A stretch of DNA of 64,000 nt from Candidatus Enterousia sp. GTDB lineage: Bacteria > Pseudomonadota > Alphaproteobacteria > Rs-D84. Shown one piece after another: positions 49,330 through 57,887 of this stretch; positions within the stretch are counted from its first letter, which is position 1, and the number at the start of each line of letters is the position of its first letter. The position numbers were made by a program, and so were the translations under genes. The stretch is from positions 13,288 through 77,287 of the forward strand of contig JAZRMF010000005.1 in NCBI GenBank assembly GCA_045647355.1, read 5' to 3'. The notes beneath the pieces are model-generated. The model searched no databases. It was not told the origin of the DNA and saw nothing but the letters and a program-made list of their open reading frames with translations.

Positions 49330-49887
49330 TTATTTGCTTAACTGTTTAGTATACTTATAGATATCTGCACGTTTGCGGTTATGCCGTGATATTCTGACAT
49401 TTTGGTTCAGTTCCTTTGTATCATATCCGTATTTTTCCCAAAATATCCGGCTGGCGCGATTAGTGGATTGCACACACGCATAAAAACTATCTAATTTCAA
49501 ATTGTTAACACAATAATCTTCAAGCATTTTAAGGGCCGCCGCAGTTTCCGTATTACCACGAAATGCCAATCCCCATACTTCGGCCCTATGTTTTGTAATA
49601 TCTATGTCATCCAGCCCGCAAAAACCGCCAATATGATTACAATCGTTATAAACAATGAACTGTTCGCTGTATTTGCTGGTCGGATCAAATCTGTGCAATA
49701 GTCTTTCAAACTTTGTATCCGCCCAATACGCAACTATAAACCGATAAAAACGATATTTATTTGGGGTTACATCGATGGATGCCCACCAAAACCATGGTGC
49801 CAGTCTTTCACGATTGGCCACCAACAATCTATACATTTCTTTGCGGTTTTGCAAAAATATAACAAAGTCCATCTTTTTTAATTCCAC
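49330..49887 (-). CDS. RimJ/RimL-type GNAT acetyltransferase
   Basis: NRERLAPWFWW, IGGFCGL, TNRASRIFWEKYGY; GTG start. Confidence 0.8.
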   Translation of the reverse strand: MELKKMDFVIFLQNRKEMYRLLVANRERLAPWFWWASIDVTPNKYRFYRFIVAYWADTKFERLLHRFDPTSKYSEQFIVYNDCNHIGGFCGLDDIDITKHRAEVWGLAFRGNTETAAALKMLEDYCVNNLKLDSFYACVQSTNRASRIFWEKYGYDTKELNQNVRISRHNRKRADIYKYTKQLSK

Positions 49888-50104
49888 AATATTTACCTTT
49901 TAATATTGCATACCTGCGATATTGGTTCCCCAAAACCAGACCTATTCATCGATGGTTTCTGCACACAATCGGCGCACAGTTCGGAAGACTAGCATAAGAT
50001 TCATTACTGTCAACAGAATATTTGAAGCACTTCAACACAGAAATCACCCAAATAGATGGTTGTTTTTTGTGGCAGATGTAAAAAAAGATGCTAATATTTA
50101 CACT

Positions 50105-50674
50105 ATGTTTGATATCACAGATAAATTTTTCATAAAAAAATTGAATAAACACCTGAAAAATGGCGGGGTAATTGCTTTTCCAACAGATACGATTTGGGGG
50201 CTGGGCGCCCTGCCCAACCAAATGGGCGCAGACGCCTTATTTGAAATAAAGCAACGCCCGCACGAAAAGCATTTGATAATAATGTCGGATTGTTTGGATC
50301 ATATACAGAAATACATGTCGGGATATCCGGTCGTCGCATTTGATTTGGCCAAGAAATATTGGCCGGGGGCATTGACCATCGGTGTTCCCGTCCAGGATAC
50401 ACAAACAATGTCTTTTGGTGCCGTGCGTGTTCCAAACTATAAACCATTTCAAGATTTATGCCGCATAATCGACGGGCATTGTTTGGCCACCAGTTCCGCA
50501 AATATCTCGGGGCAACCGGTACTGACAGATCCAGATGCCATACGTGCACAATTTCCAAACATAATGGTAATTGACAATGCATATGAAAAAATGGGTGGTG
50601 CACCAAGCACTGTTGTCATACTGGATGGCGATAAAATGAACATTGTCCGCCAAGGTGCCGTGGTTATAGAGTAA
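50105..50674 (+). CDS. tsaC: L-threonylcarbamoyladenylate synthase (TsaC/Sua5/YrdC), leaderless
   Basis: IAFPTDTIWGLG, IKQRP, YWPGALT, TSSANISG, RQGAV; GTGGCA-N17-TAATAT-N7-ATG. Confidence 0.92.
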   Translation: MFDITDKFFIKKLNKHLKNGGVIAFPTDTIWGLGALPNQMGADALFEIKQRPHEKHLIIMSDCLDHIQKYMSGYPVVAFDLAKKYWPGALTIGVPVQDTQTMSFGAVRVPNYKPFQDLCRIIDGHCLATSSANISGQPVLTDPDAIRAQFPNIMVIDNAYEKMGGAPSTVVILDGDKMNIVRQGAVVIE

Positions 50675-50730
50675 TGTAAATTAATTCAAATGGTGGCCGG
50701 TATTATATCATAAAAAGTAAAGGCGAAAAA

Positions 50731-51228
50731 ATGTTTCAAAATGTATCAGAAGAAATTATACAAAAAGCACTTGGTATGTATATCACAAAGAATACCAGGT
50801 ACCTTATAGAAGCGCAAATTGATAACAGGGATGATACCATAACCGTGGTGGCAAAGTTTTCCATTAATGATTGCTGTTATGCCCCCAATTCCGGACATTT
50901 TAACGCGGTAGAGGCGATAATATGTCTGAACCAAATGGTCTATGTCGCCTTGATGGGTGGCATAGATAAAAAGATGTTGCCGTTCTATATCGGATTTACC
51001 CCAGATGATTTTTGTCGGCATTGGCAAAAAGTTTATCTTTCTGTGTTTGAACAGATTAAATTCAGGAAATTTATTGATGCCACTTCTTTTTTGGGCAAAA
51101 TAACATTAAAACCCTTACACAAAATAGGCGATAAAGTATATGTTGGTTGTTGTTTTGGATTTGGCAATGACAAGGAATGTACCAACTTTATCGGCAATGT
51201 GAAAGGATTCATTCCACTTTTGGGCTAA
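50731..51228 (+). CDS. FcoT-like hotdog-fold thioesterase
   Basis: FSINDCCY..SGHFNAVEAIICLNQMVY matches the FcoT (Rv0098/ScoD) signature GHFNxVExxICxNQ. Confidence 0.7.
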   Translation: MFQNVSEEIIQKALGMYITKNTRYLIEAQIDNRDDTITVVAKFSINDCCYAPNSGHFNAVEAIICLNQMVYVALMGGIDKKMLPFYIGFTPDDFCRHWQKVYLSVFEQIKFRKFIDATSFLGKITLKPLHKIGDKVYVGCCFGFGNDKECTNFIGNVKGFIPLLG

Positions 51229-51345
51229 ACCGCCCCCCGCACAAAAACGCCTAAATTAGCAGTTGTGCATTAAATTGGATGTCTTCATCCCGCCTTTAAA
51301 ATCAAAAAAATCCGCATTCGGGCTTTTAAGATTGAATTAAAAAAA

Positions 51346-51515
51346 AGACGAAGGGATTCCCTTGGCACTTTGTGCCTGCGGGTAAACCGTGACGATTTCG
51401 GCTCGTTTCACTTCCGAAATCTACTTGTTTTCGAACCAGCAACTGCGTCGCGAACGATTTGTCCACCCTTCATATCCGACAAAAATAAAATGCCCAAATG
51501 GGCATTTGATCTTTG
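51346..51515 (-). repeat. tRNA-associated structured element, copy B
   Basis: Hairpin, 14/16 antisense copy of the tRNA-Ser 3' end (51466-51481), core homologous to copy A (51437-51360), truncated direct copy GAATCCCTTCGTCT. Confidence 0.85.
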
Positions 51516-51606
51516 TGGCGGAGATGAAGGGATTCGAACCCTTGATACGGTTGCCCGTATACCACATTTCCAATGTGGCGCACTAGACCAACTATGCGAC
51601 ATCTCC
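51516..51606 (-). tRNA. tRNA-Ser (GGA)
   Basis: GGAGATG acceptor, CCACA-TTGGAAA-TGTGG anticodon arm, long variable arm, GGTTCGAATCC, CCA. Confidence 0.95.
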
Positions 51607-51616
51607 GGATATTAAA

Positions 51617-52006
51617 TTAATCTTCTTCGGATGTATCATCTTCGACATCATCGGCGACCAATTCAGATGCATCAACTTCGGGTTCTTCGGTTGCCAATGT
51701 TTCTTCCAATTCGGCATCTATTTCACGCAATGCCGGGTCGACACTGTTGACCTCTAACGTTTCTTCGGCATTTTCAACCGCCGGTGTTTCCTTGTAAGAT
51801 TGCACAAATTCATGTCTAATCGCGGCAACATCCAATTTACCACTTGCGATTTCGCGCAACGCGGTCACCGTTGGTTTGTCGTTGCCACGTTCCACCACAG
51901 GTGCCGCACCGCCGTTCAAATCGCGAACGCGTTGTGATGCCAACATCCCCAGTTCATATCTGCTTTCCACAAATGGTAATGTGTCAGAATTAGTTGTGCG
52001 TGCCAT
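51617..52006 (-). CDS. rpoZ: RNA polymerase omega subunit
   Basis: MART..D, SRYELGMLASQR, NDKPTVTALREIA. Confidence 0.93.
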   Translation of the reverse strand: MARTTNSDTLPFVESRYELGMLASQRVRDLNGGAAPVVERGNDKPTVTALREIASGKLDVAAIRHEFVQSYKETPAVENAEETLEVNSVDPALREIDAELEETLATEEPEVDASELVADDVEDDTSEED

Positions 52007-52057
52007 ATTAAAATCCTTTGTTGAAATATATTTTCATCCCGTTATAATGCCCTATGG

Positions 52058-53305
52058 ATGGTCAAAATGCAAGCAGAAAATAATAAAAATAACATAAAAA
52101 CATTATCTTTTGGATGCCGCCTTAATGCATTGGAATGCGAAAAGATAAAAAACATGCTGCAATCCCGCGGGATATGTGCGGTTGTCGTTAATACCTGTTC
52201 TGTCACCGGCGAAGCCGAACGCCAATGCGGACAGACGGTTAGGAAAATCGCCCGCGAAAACCCAAATGCCATCATTTTTGTAACCGGGTGTGGGGCGACA
52301 CGGAATCCAGACCTGTTCCGTAAAATTCCCGGTGTGGTTGTTATTCCTAATGCCGACAAAATGAAACTTGAATCATATACTGTGCCGAATAATATTACCG
52401 CACTGGCATGTGAATTGGACGTAAAAAATGCGGACACTGTGGTTTCTAAACAATTTGTTCAGGTTCAAAATGGGTGCAATCACGATTGCACGTACTGTGT
52501 AACCCGCCTGTTGCGTGGACCGGCAACGTCATTTGAATACGATGATATTTTGGCCGATGTACGCAGTGCCACCGCCGATGGGTTTGGTGAAATTATCCTG
52601 ACGGGGGTTGATGCGGCATCATACGTCAAAATCTATGACGGGCGCCCATTTTTATTAGCCGATTTGTGCAAAAAGATTTTAGCGGACGAACCGCGGGTGC
52701 AACGTCTGCGTTTGTCTTCGGTGGACCCGGCGGCACCAACAATCCGCGATATTATTCAGATGATGAAATCTGACGCGCGCTTTATGCCACACCTGCATCT
52801 GTCTATGCAATCGGGTTCCGATACTATTTTGGCGGCGATGCGACGTCGGCACACGGCACAAACCGTACGCGATTTGGTCAAATTGGCGGACGGCAAAATC
52901 ACTTTCAGTTGGGATATAATCTGTGGTTTTCCGGGCGAAACCCAAGAATTGTTTGACGAAACCGCTAATTTAGTTCGCGAATTAAAACCAATAAAAATTC
53001 ATGCGTTCCCCTATTCTATCCGACCTGGGACGGTGGCCGCAGAAATGCCAAACCAAATCAATCATAACATTTCAAAACAGCGGGTAAAAATCATAACCGA
53101 TATTGCAAATGAAAACCTGAACAATTTTATGCAAGAACAAATTGGCAACACTGTTCAAGTATTGGTTGAAACCAATAACAACGCCCGAACACCCGATGAT
53201 ATACCGGTACACATTGACGGAGAAATTATTCCAGAACGCACCATTTGCGATGTCAAAATTACGGGTGTTTCGAACGGAACTTTTACCGCAATAAAAAATA
53301 TTTAA
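52058..53305 (+). CDS. mtaB: tRNA t6A37 methylthiotransferase MtaB (radical SAM)
   Basis: SFGCRLNALE, VNTCSVT, VTGC, VQNGCNHDCTYC, PHLHLSMQSG, HAFPYSIRPGT. Confidence 0.9.
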   Translation: MVKMQAENNKNNIKTLSFGCRLNALECEKIKNMLQSRGICAVVVNTCSVTGEAERQCGQTVRKIARENPNAIIFVTGCGATRNPDLFRKIPGVVVIPNADKMKLESYTVPNNITALACELDVKNADTVVSKQFVQVQNGCNHDCTYCVTRLLRGPATSFEYDDILADVRSATADGFGEIILTGVDAASYVKIYDGRPFLLADLCKKILADEPRVQRLRLSSVDPAAPTIRDIIQMMKSDARFMPHLHLSMQSGSDTILAAMRRRHTAQTVRDLVKLADGKITFSWDIICGFPGETQELFDETANLVRELKPIKIHAFPYSIRPGTVAAEMPNQINHNISKQRVKIITDIANENLNNFMQEQIGNTVQVLVETNNNARTPDDIPVHIDGEIIPERTICDVKITGVSNGTFTAIKNI

Positions 53306-53350
53306 AAAAATATATTGGCATTGACGATTGTTGTTGTTATTATGCAAATC

Positions 53351-54526
53351 ATGAAGGCAATATATATCACACTTTTATCGTTTTTAATGACAGTGTCCGC
53401 GATGGCGGACTTTAAGACAACCGCAAAATCCGCGTTCTTGATTGACTATGATTCTGGGGCCGAAATCGTCGCCAAAGAGGCCGATACATTAATGCCACCA
53501 TCTTCAATGTTAAAGTTGATGACTTTGGCGGTGTTGTTTGATGAAATAAAGGCCGGACGCATAAGTCTGGACGAACGCATAAATGTCAGCGAAAATGCCG
53601 ACTATCAGAATCCGTTATGGTACCCGGCAAGCAAGATATGCCTCGTCACCGGGCAGCGAATAACCGTGCGGGATGCTATTTTGGGACTAATTGTATTGTC
53701 GGGTGGCGATGCGTCTGTTGTTGTGGCGGAAAAAATTGCCGGTTCTGAAATCAAGTTCACCGAAAACATGACACGCAAAGCACGCGCAATTGGTATGCCA
53801 ATGTCAACGTTTGGAAACGCCAGTGGATTGCCCAACGAAACCAACATGATGACAAGTCGCGAATTGGCAATATTGGCCACGCATTTGATTTCTGATTATC
53901 CAGATTTATACCCTATGTTTGCAACCAAACGATTTGAATTTGCGGAATACAAGACAGATTGGTGTCGCGATTGGGGTCGTACACATACCGTAAATTACAA
54001 TAAATTATTATTCATTATGCCGGGCGCAGATGGATTAAAAACCGGCCATACTGACAAGGGTGGATATGGCATGGTGGCCAGCGCGAAATCTGGTGGTCGT
54101 CGATTAATTGGTGTTATCAATGGTTTCAAAGGCAAGGGTCACGATGCCTTGGCGGCAGAAATGAAAAAGCTGTTAACACATGGATTTACAACAACAATCG
54201 CGCGTGTATTCTATCATGCCGGCGATGATGTTGTGGCGGTTCCTGTATGGTATGGACGTAAAGATACGGTTATGACGACCGTTGATAAAACCTTTGCCAT
54301 TACCGTTGATAAAAATGTCGGCGTTGGTGGTGTGCGCGTTTTGGCACGTTACAGTGACCCAGTTGCCGCACCTGTTAAAGTTGGTGACATTGTTGGCGAA
54401 ATAGTTGCAGAACAAAACGGCAAGGTCATTGCGCGCGGAAAACTGGTTGCACGTGAACGTGTCGGGAAAATACAGTTCTTGGCGCGCGCATGGAAGAATA
54501 TTATGGTTATGATATTTGGTAAATAA
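53351..54526 (+). CDS. D-alanyl-D-alanine carboxypeptidase (PBP5/6, peptidase S11), leaderless
   Basis: PSSMLK (SxxK), SGGD, KTGHT, PBP5 C-domain; TTGGCA-N17-TATTAT-N7-ATG. Confidence 0.92.
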   Translation: MKAIYITLLSFLMTVSAMADFKTTAKSAFLIDYDSGAEIVAKEADTLMPPSSMLKLMTLAVLFDEIKAGRISLDERINVSENADYQNPLWYPASKICLVTGQRITVRDAILGLIVLSGGDASVVVAEKIAGSEIKFTENMTRKARAIGMPMSTFGNASGLPNETNMMTSRELAILATHLISDYPDLYPMFATKRFEFAEYKTDWCRDWGRTHTVNYNKLLFIMPGADGLKTGHTDKGGYGMVASAKSGGRRLIGVINGFKGKGHDALAAEMKKLLTHGFTTTIARVFYHAGDDVVAVPVWYGRKDTVMTTVDKTFAITVDKNVGVGGVRVLARYSDPVAAPVKVGDIVGEIVAEQNGKVIARGKLVARERVGKIQFLARAWKNIMVMIFGK

Positions 54527-54528
54527 CA

Positions 54529-55428
54529 ATGGCGAAAAAAAATTCAAACGTTTATGATTTTCCGCATCCGATGGATAATGATACATTAATCGGACATGAT
54601 TCTACGTTTGCCACATTTGTTGAGGCATGGAATAATCGTAATAATTACCCATTGCATCCGGTATGGATGCTGACCGGGCCACGTGGCATTGGCAAGGCCA
54701 CATTGGCATACAAGATTGCCAAGATGGTTTATGGTAACGTTGGGGATTTCTTTATCATTGATATGGATCGCAATATTGATAAAGATGGCAAGGTCAAATC
54801 AGACGGAAAATCCATTTCTGTATTCACCGTACGCGCCACGATTGAGAAAATGCAAATGTCGTCTATGTCGGGCGAATGGCGCGTTGTATTGATAGATTCT
54901 GTGGACCAATTAACAACGGCGGCCGCAAATGCGATATTGAAACTGCTGGAAGAACCACCGGCCAAGACGCTATTCTTGCTGGTGACACACCAATTATCCA
55001 ATGTGTTGCCGACCGTTCGTTCACGTGCACGGGTTGAAAAGATGCACCCATTGTCTATTTCTGACCTGCGGCGGTTATGTGCAAAATTTATGCCCGACGA
55101 TGTTGTTGATGATGAAACGTTGCGATTGGCCAATGGGTCTTTTGGTCGGATTGCGGGTTTAAAGCAATCGGGTGGCGACGTAATTTATGACAAACTTATA
55201 AAATTGGTGCAAAGTAAGAATTCTACTGCGGCGGATTCAATGAACCTGGCCAAACAGATTGCACCGTTTCCGGAATTGCATGGCATATTATTAGATGCGA
55301 TTGCAAAGTTCGGTCTGGCCGAAGTTTATTCCGATGCTACGCGTACTATTTCGGATATTTCACGCGTCAATTTGGAACCGGAAATTGCCATATTCAAGGT
55401 TATAGAAGAGATTAAAAAATGCTTATAG
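54529..55428 (+). CDS. holB: DNA polymerase III delta' subunit
   Basis: LTGPRGIGKATLAY, WRVVLIDSVD, AANAILKLLEEPP, LPTVRSR. Confidence 0.9.
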   Translation: MAKKNSNVYDFPHPMDNDTLIGHDSTFATFVEAWNNRNNYPLHPVWMLTGPRGIGKATLAYKIAKMVYGNVGDFFIIDMDRNIDKDGKVKSDGKSISVFTVRATIEKMQMSSMSGEWRVVLIDSVDQLTTAAANAILKLLEEPPAKTLFLLVTHQLSNVLPTVRSRARVEKMHPLSISDLRRLCAKFMPDDVVDDETLRLANGSFGRIAGLKQSGGDVIYDKLIKLVQSKNSTAADSMNLAKQIAPFPELHGILLDAIAKFGLAEVYSDATRTISDISRVNLEPEIAIFKVIEEIKKCL

Positions 55429-56186
55429 ATACCCATTGTCATTTGACGTATGAAATAGATTCAGACGGTGGTGTTGATGCCGTTATTGAACGTGCTAAAT
55501 CCGCAGGTGTGGGAATAATCATATGCCCCACCGCCGACCCCGAAGACGTTCCGTCTGCGATAGAAATTACCGAAAAATACGATAATGTTTTTGCGACAAT
55601 TGGTATTCACCCCGAACATGCGGGCAATAATGCACACGATTTTATTACACCCGAAATACTTTCGCATCCGCGTGTATTGGGCGTTGGGGAAATCGGCTTG
55701 GATTATCATGGCGATGATATAAAACCACGCGCGCAACAAATCGAACTGTTTGAAACACAATTGGAAATGGCACGCAACGCGAAATTACCTGTTGCAATTC
55801 ATACGCGCGATGCCGAAGAAGATACTGCAGAAATATTGACCAGATTTTCCGATATTGGTGGTGTTATGCATTGTTTTACATCCGGATGGGAATTGGCGAA
55901 AAAGATGTTGGACCGCGGATTCTTTTTTTCGGCAAGTGGTATTTTAACATTTAAAAATGCGGCTGAAATTCGCGACACGTTTTCGAAAATACCTTTGGAC
56001 CGCATTGTCGTTGAAACCGATAGCCCATATTGTGCGCCCGTACCACACAGGGGCAAAGTATGCGAACCGGCATTTGTGGTGGAAACTGCGCACGTACTTG
56101 CGGAAATAAAAAATATACCATTTGAAAAATTGTCTGATATAATGTTAGAGAACGTTAAAAACCTATATCCAAAGATAAAGATTTAA
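55419..56186 (+). CDS. tatD: TatD family hydrolase
   Basis: IDTHCH, GIHP, GEIGLDY, IHTRDA, MHCFT, VETDSPY. Confidence 0.93.
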   Translation: MLIDTHCHLTYEIDSDGGVDAVIERAKSAGVGIIICPTADPEDVPSAIEITEKYDNVFATIGIHPEHAGNNAHDFITPEILSHPRVLGVGEIGLDYHGDDIKPRAQQIELFETQLEMARNAKLPVAIHTRDAEEDTAEILTRFSDIGGVMHCFTSGWELAKKMLDRGFFFSASGILTFKNAAEIRDTFSKIPLDRIVVETDSPYCAPVPHRGKVCEPAFVVETAHVLAEIKNIPFEKLSDIMLENVKNLYPKIKI

Positions 56187-56189
56187 TAA

Positions 56190-56657
56190 ATGCCAAGACA
56201 AATGATAAAATTTGGTGCCGTTTCTGAAAACCGCAAAGCGCGGTTCAGTTATACTGTCGAAGACACTATCGAGGCCGGCATTTCCCTAACTGGGGCTGAA
56301 ATTAAATCTGTGCGATATGGTTTGGTCACAATCGTCGATGGTTTCGTGCAACACAGGGGCGGCAATTTGTTCTTGGCCGGTGTAGAAATTCAGCGTCTGC
56401 CGACGGCGGCACGATATATCAATTTTGATGAACGCCGTCCACGTCAATTATTACTGCACCGGGCGCAGATAAATCGCCTGATTGGAAAACTGACCGAAAA
56501 AGGCGCAACCATATTTCCACTGAAATTGTATTTTAATAATCGCGGAAAATTAAAGGTCCTATTAGGAATTGGATTTGGTAAGAATCGTGCAGACAAACGC
56601 GAAACCATAAAACGTCGCGAATGGGAAAAGTCCAAGGCCCGATTGTTAAAGGGTTAA
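56190..56657 (+). CDS. smpB: SsrA-binding protein SmpB
   Basis: ENRKARFSY, EAGISLTGAEIKSVR, LLLHR, DKRETIK. Confidence 0.95.
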   Translation: MPRQMIKFGAVSENRKARFSYTVEDTIEAGISLTGAEIKSVRYGLVTIVDGFVQHRGGNLFLAGVEIQRLPTAARYINFDERRPRQLLLHRAQINRLIGKLTEKGATIFPLKLYFNNRGKLKVLLGIGFGKNRADKRETIKRREWEKSKARLLKG

Positions 56658-56747
56658 TATCCCCATACTCCACCATTAAGAAATCTGTCTTGGGGAAATG
56701 GTACGGCCATGTGTGCTATGATGCCATCAACCAAAGGGAGATTTAAA

Positions 56748-57494
56748 ATGAATACACACAAATGCGATTGCATACACATACCATTAATTGGGGACATGGC
56801 ACCAGAATTCGGCGCAAACACCACAAACGGATATATCCATTTTCCAAACGATTATCGTGGGCGGTGGGTTGTTTTCTTTTCGCACCCGGGCGATTTTACG
56901 CCGGTCTGCACGACAGAATTTATAACATTTCAATCCATGATTAGTGAATTCCATGCACTGAATACAGACCTGTTGGGGCTGTCCGTAGATTCCAACGCAT
57001 CACATATTGCATGGATTCAAACCATAAAAAACGATATCGATTTTATGGGATGGAAAAATGTTGATATAGAATTTCCAATCGTCGCCGATACCGCCGGCAA
57101 GATTGCCCGTATGTACGGCATGATTCACGATGCCACTGGCAACATGGATGCCGTTCGCGCAGTGTTTATCATTGACCCACGCGGCATTATTCGCGCGATA
57201 CTTTATTACCCGAAATCGGTTGGACGTAATATCACCGAAATTAAACGTGTGTTGATAGCATTGCAAACATCAGACGCGTTTCATGTTGCCACACCAGCGG
57301 AGTGGATTCCAGGAGAAGACGTTATTGTGCCGGCACCCAATACAACGATGGATGCCATGTCCCGCAAAGGAGGCAAAGGCAACGAAAGAAATTGGTTTTT
57401 GCATTTCAAAATGTTAAGCCCTGATATGATTTTAAACAAAATCACAAATCGAAAGTTTATTACCAACGATAAGAAGCCAAAGAAGAAGAAATAA
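56748..57494 (+). CDS. Peroxiredoxin (Prx6-type)
   Basis: FSHPGDFTPVCTTEF, VRAVFIIDP, VGRNITEI, TPAEW; GGGAG RBS. Confidence 0.92.
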   Translation: MNTHKCDCIHIPLIGDMAPEFGANTTNGYIHFPNDYRGRWVVFFSHPGDFTPVCTTEFITFQSMISEFHALNTDLLGLSVDSNASHIAWIQTIKNDIDFMGWKNVDIEFPIVADTAGKIARMYGMIHDATGNMDAVRAVFIIDPRGIIRAILYYPKSVGRNITEIKRVLIALQTSDAFHVATPAEWIPGEDVIVPAPNTTMDAMSRKGGKGNERNWFLHFKMLSPDMILNKITNRKFITNDKKPKKKK

Positions 57495-57522
57495 AAACGG
57501 GCGATATTTTCGCCCATTTTTA

Positions 57523-57879
57523 TTAAAACACTAACGGCCAATCGCGGATGTCGGGGGGCATAGATTCTGATTCTGGGCGCCATTGAAATTGTTCCATTAT
57601 AACGTGTTTATCTTTTGTGAACTTGACACCCTCTTCTTTTAATGCCTTGTACTGTTGATCAAAAAATCCAGGGCCGCACAACGAACCGTCCTTGAACACT
57701 ACGCGGTGCCACGGCAGATGCCAACTCTTTTGATTGTTCGATGCATAACCAACAAACCGCGCCATACGTGGCCGCCCAATCAGCGCGGCAATTTGACCAA
57801 ACGTCGCCACCCGCCCCGATGGGATTTTGGCAACGACGTCATAAACCTGGTCATAGAAACTTTTCTGTGGCATTGCCAT
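57523..57879 (-). CDS. Alkyltransferase-like protein (ATL/YbaZ, MGMT family)
   Basis: IPSGRVATFGQIA, ARFVG, PWHRV (Trp in place of the catalytic Cys). Confidence 0.88.
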   Translation of the reverse strand: MAMPQKSFYDQVYDVVAKIPSGRVATFGQIAALIGRPRMARFVGYASNNQKSWHLPWHRVVFKDGSLCGPGFFDQQYKALKEEGVKFTKDKHVIMEQFQWRPESESMPPDIRDWPLVF

Positions 57880-57887
57880 TTCCCCTT

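Noticed and set aside
56658-56747. tmRNA gene next to smpB
   Set aside because: The gap is only about 90 nt and has no tRNA-like ends or tag frame.
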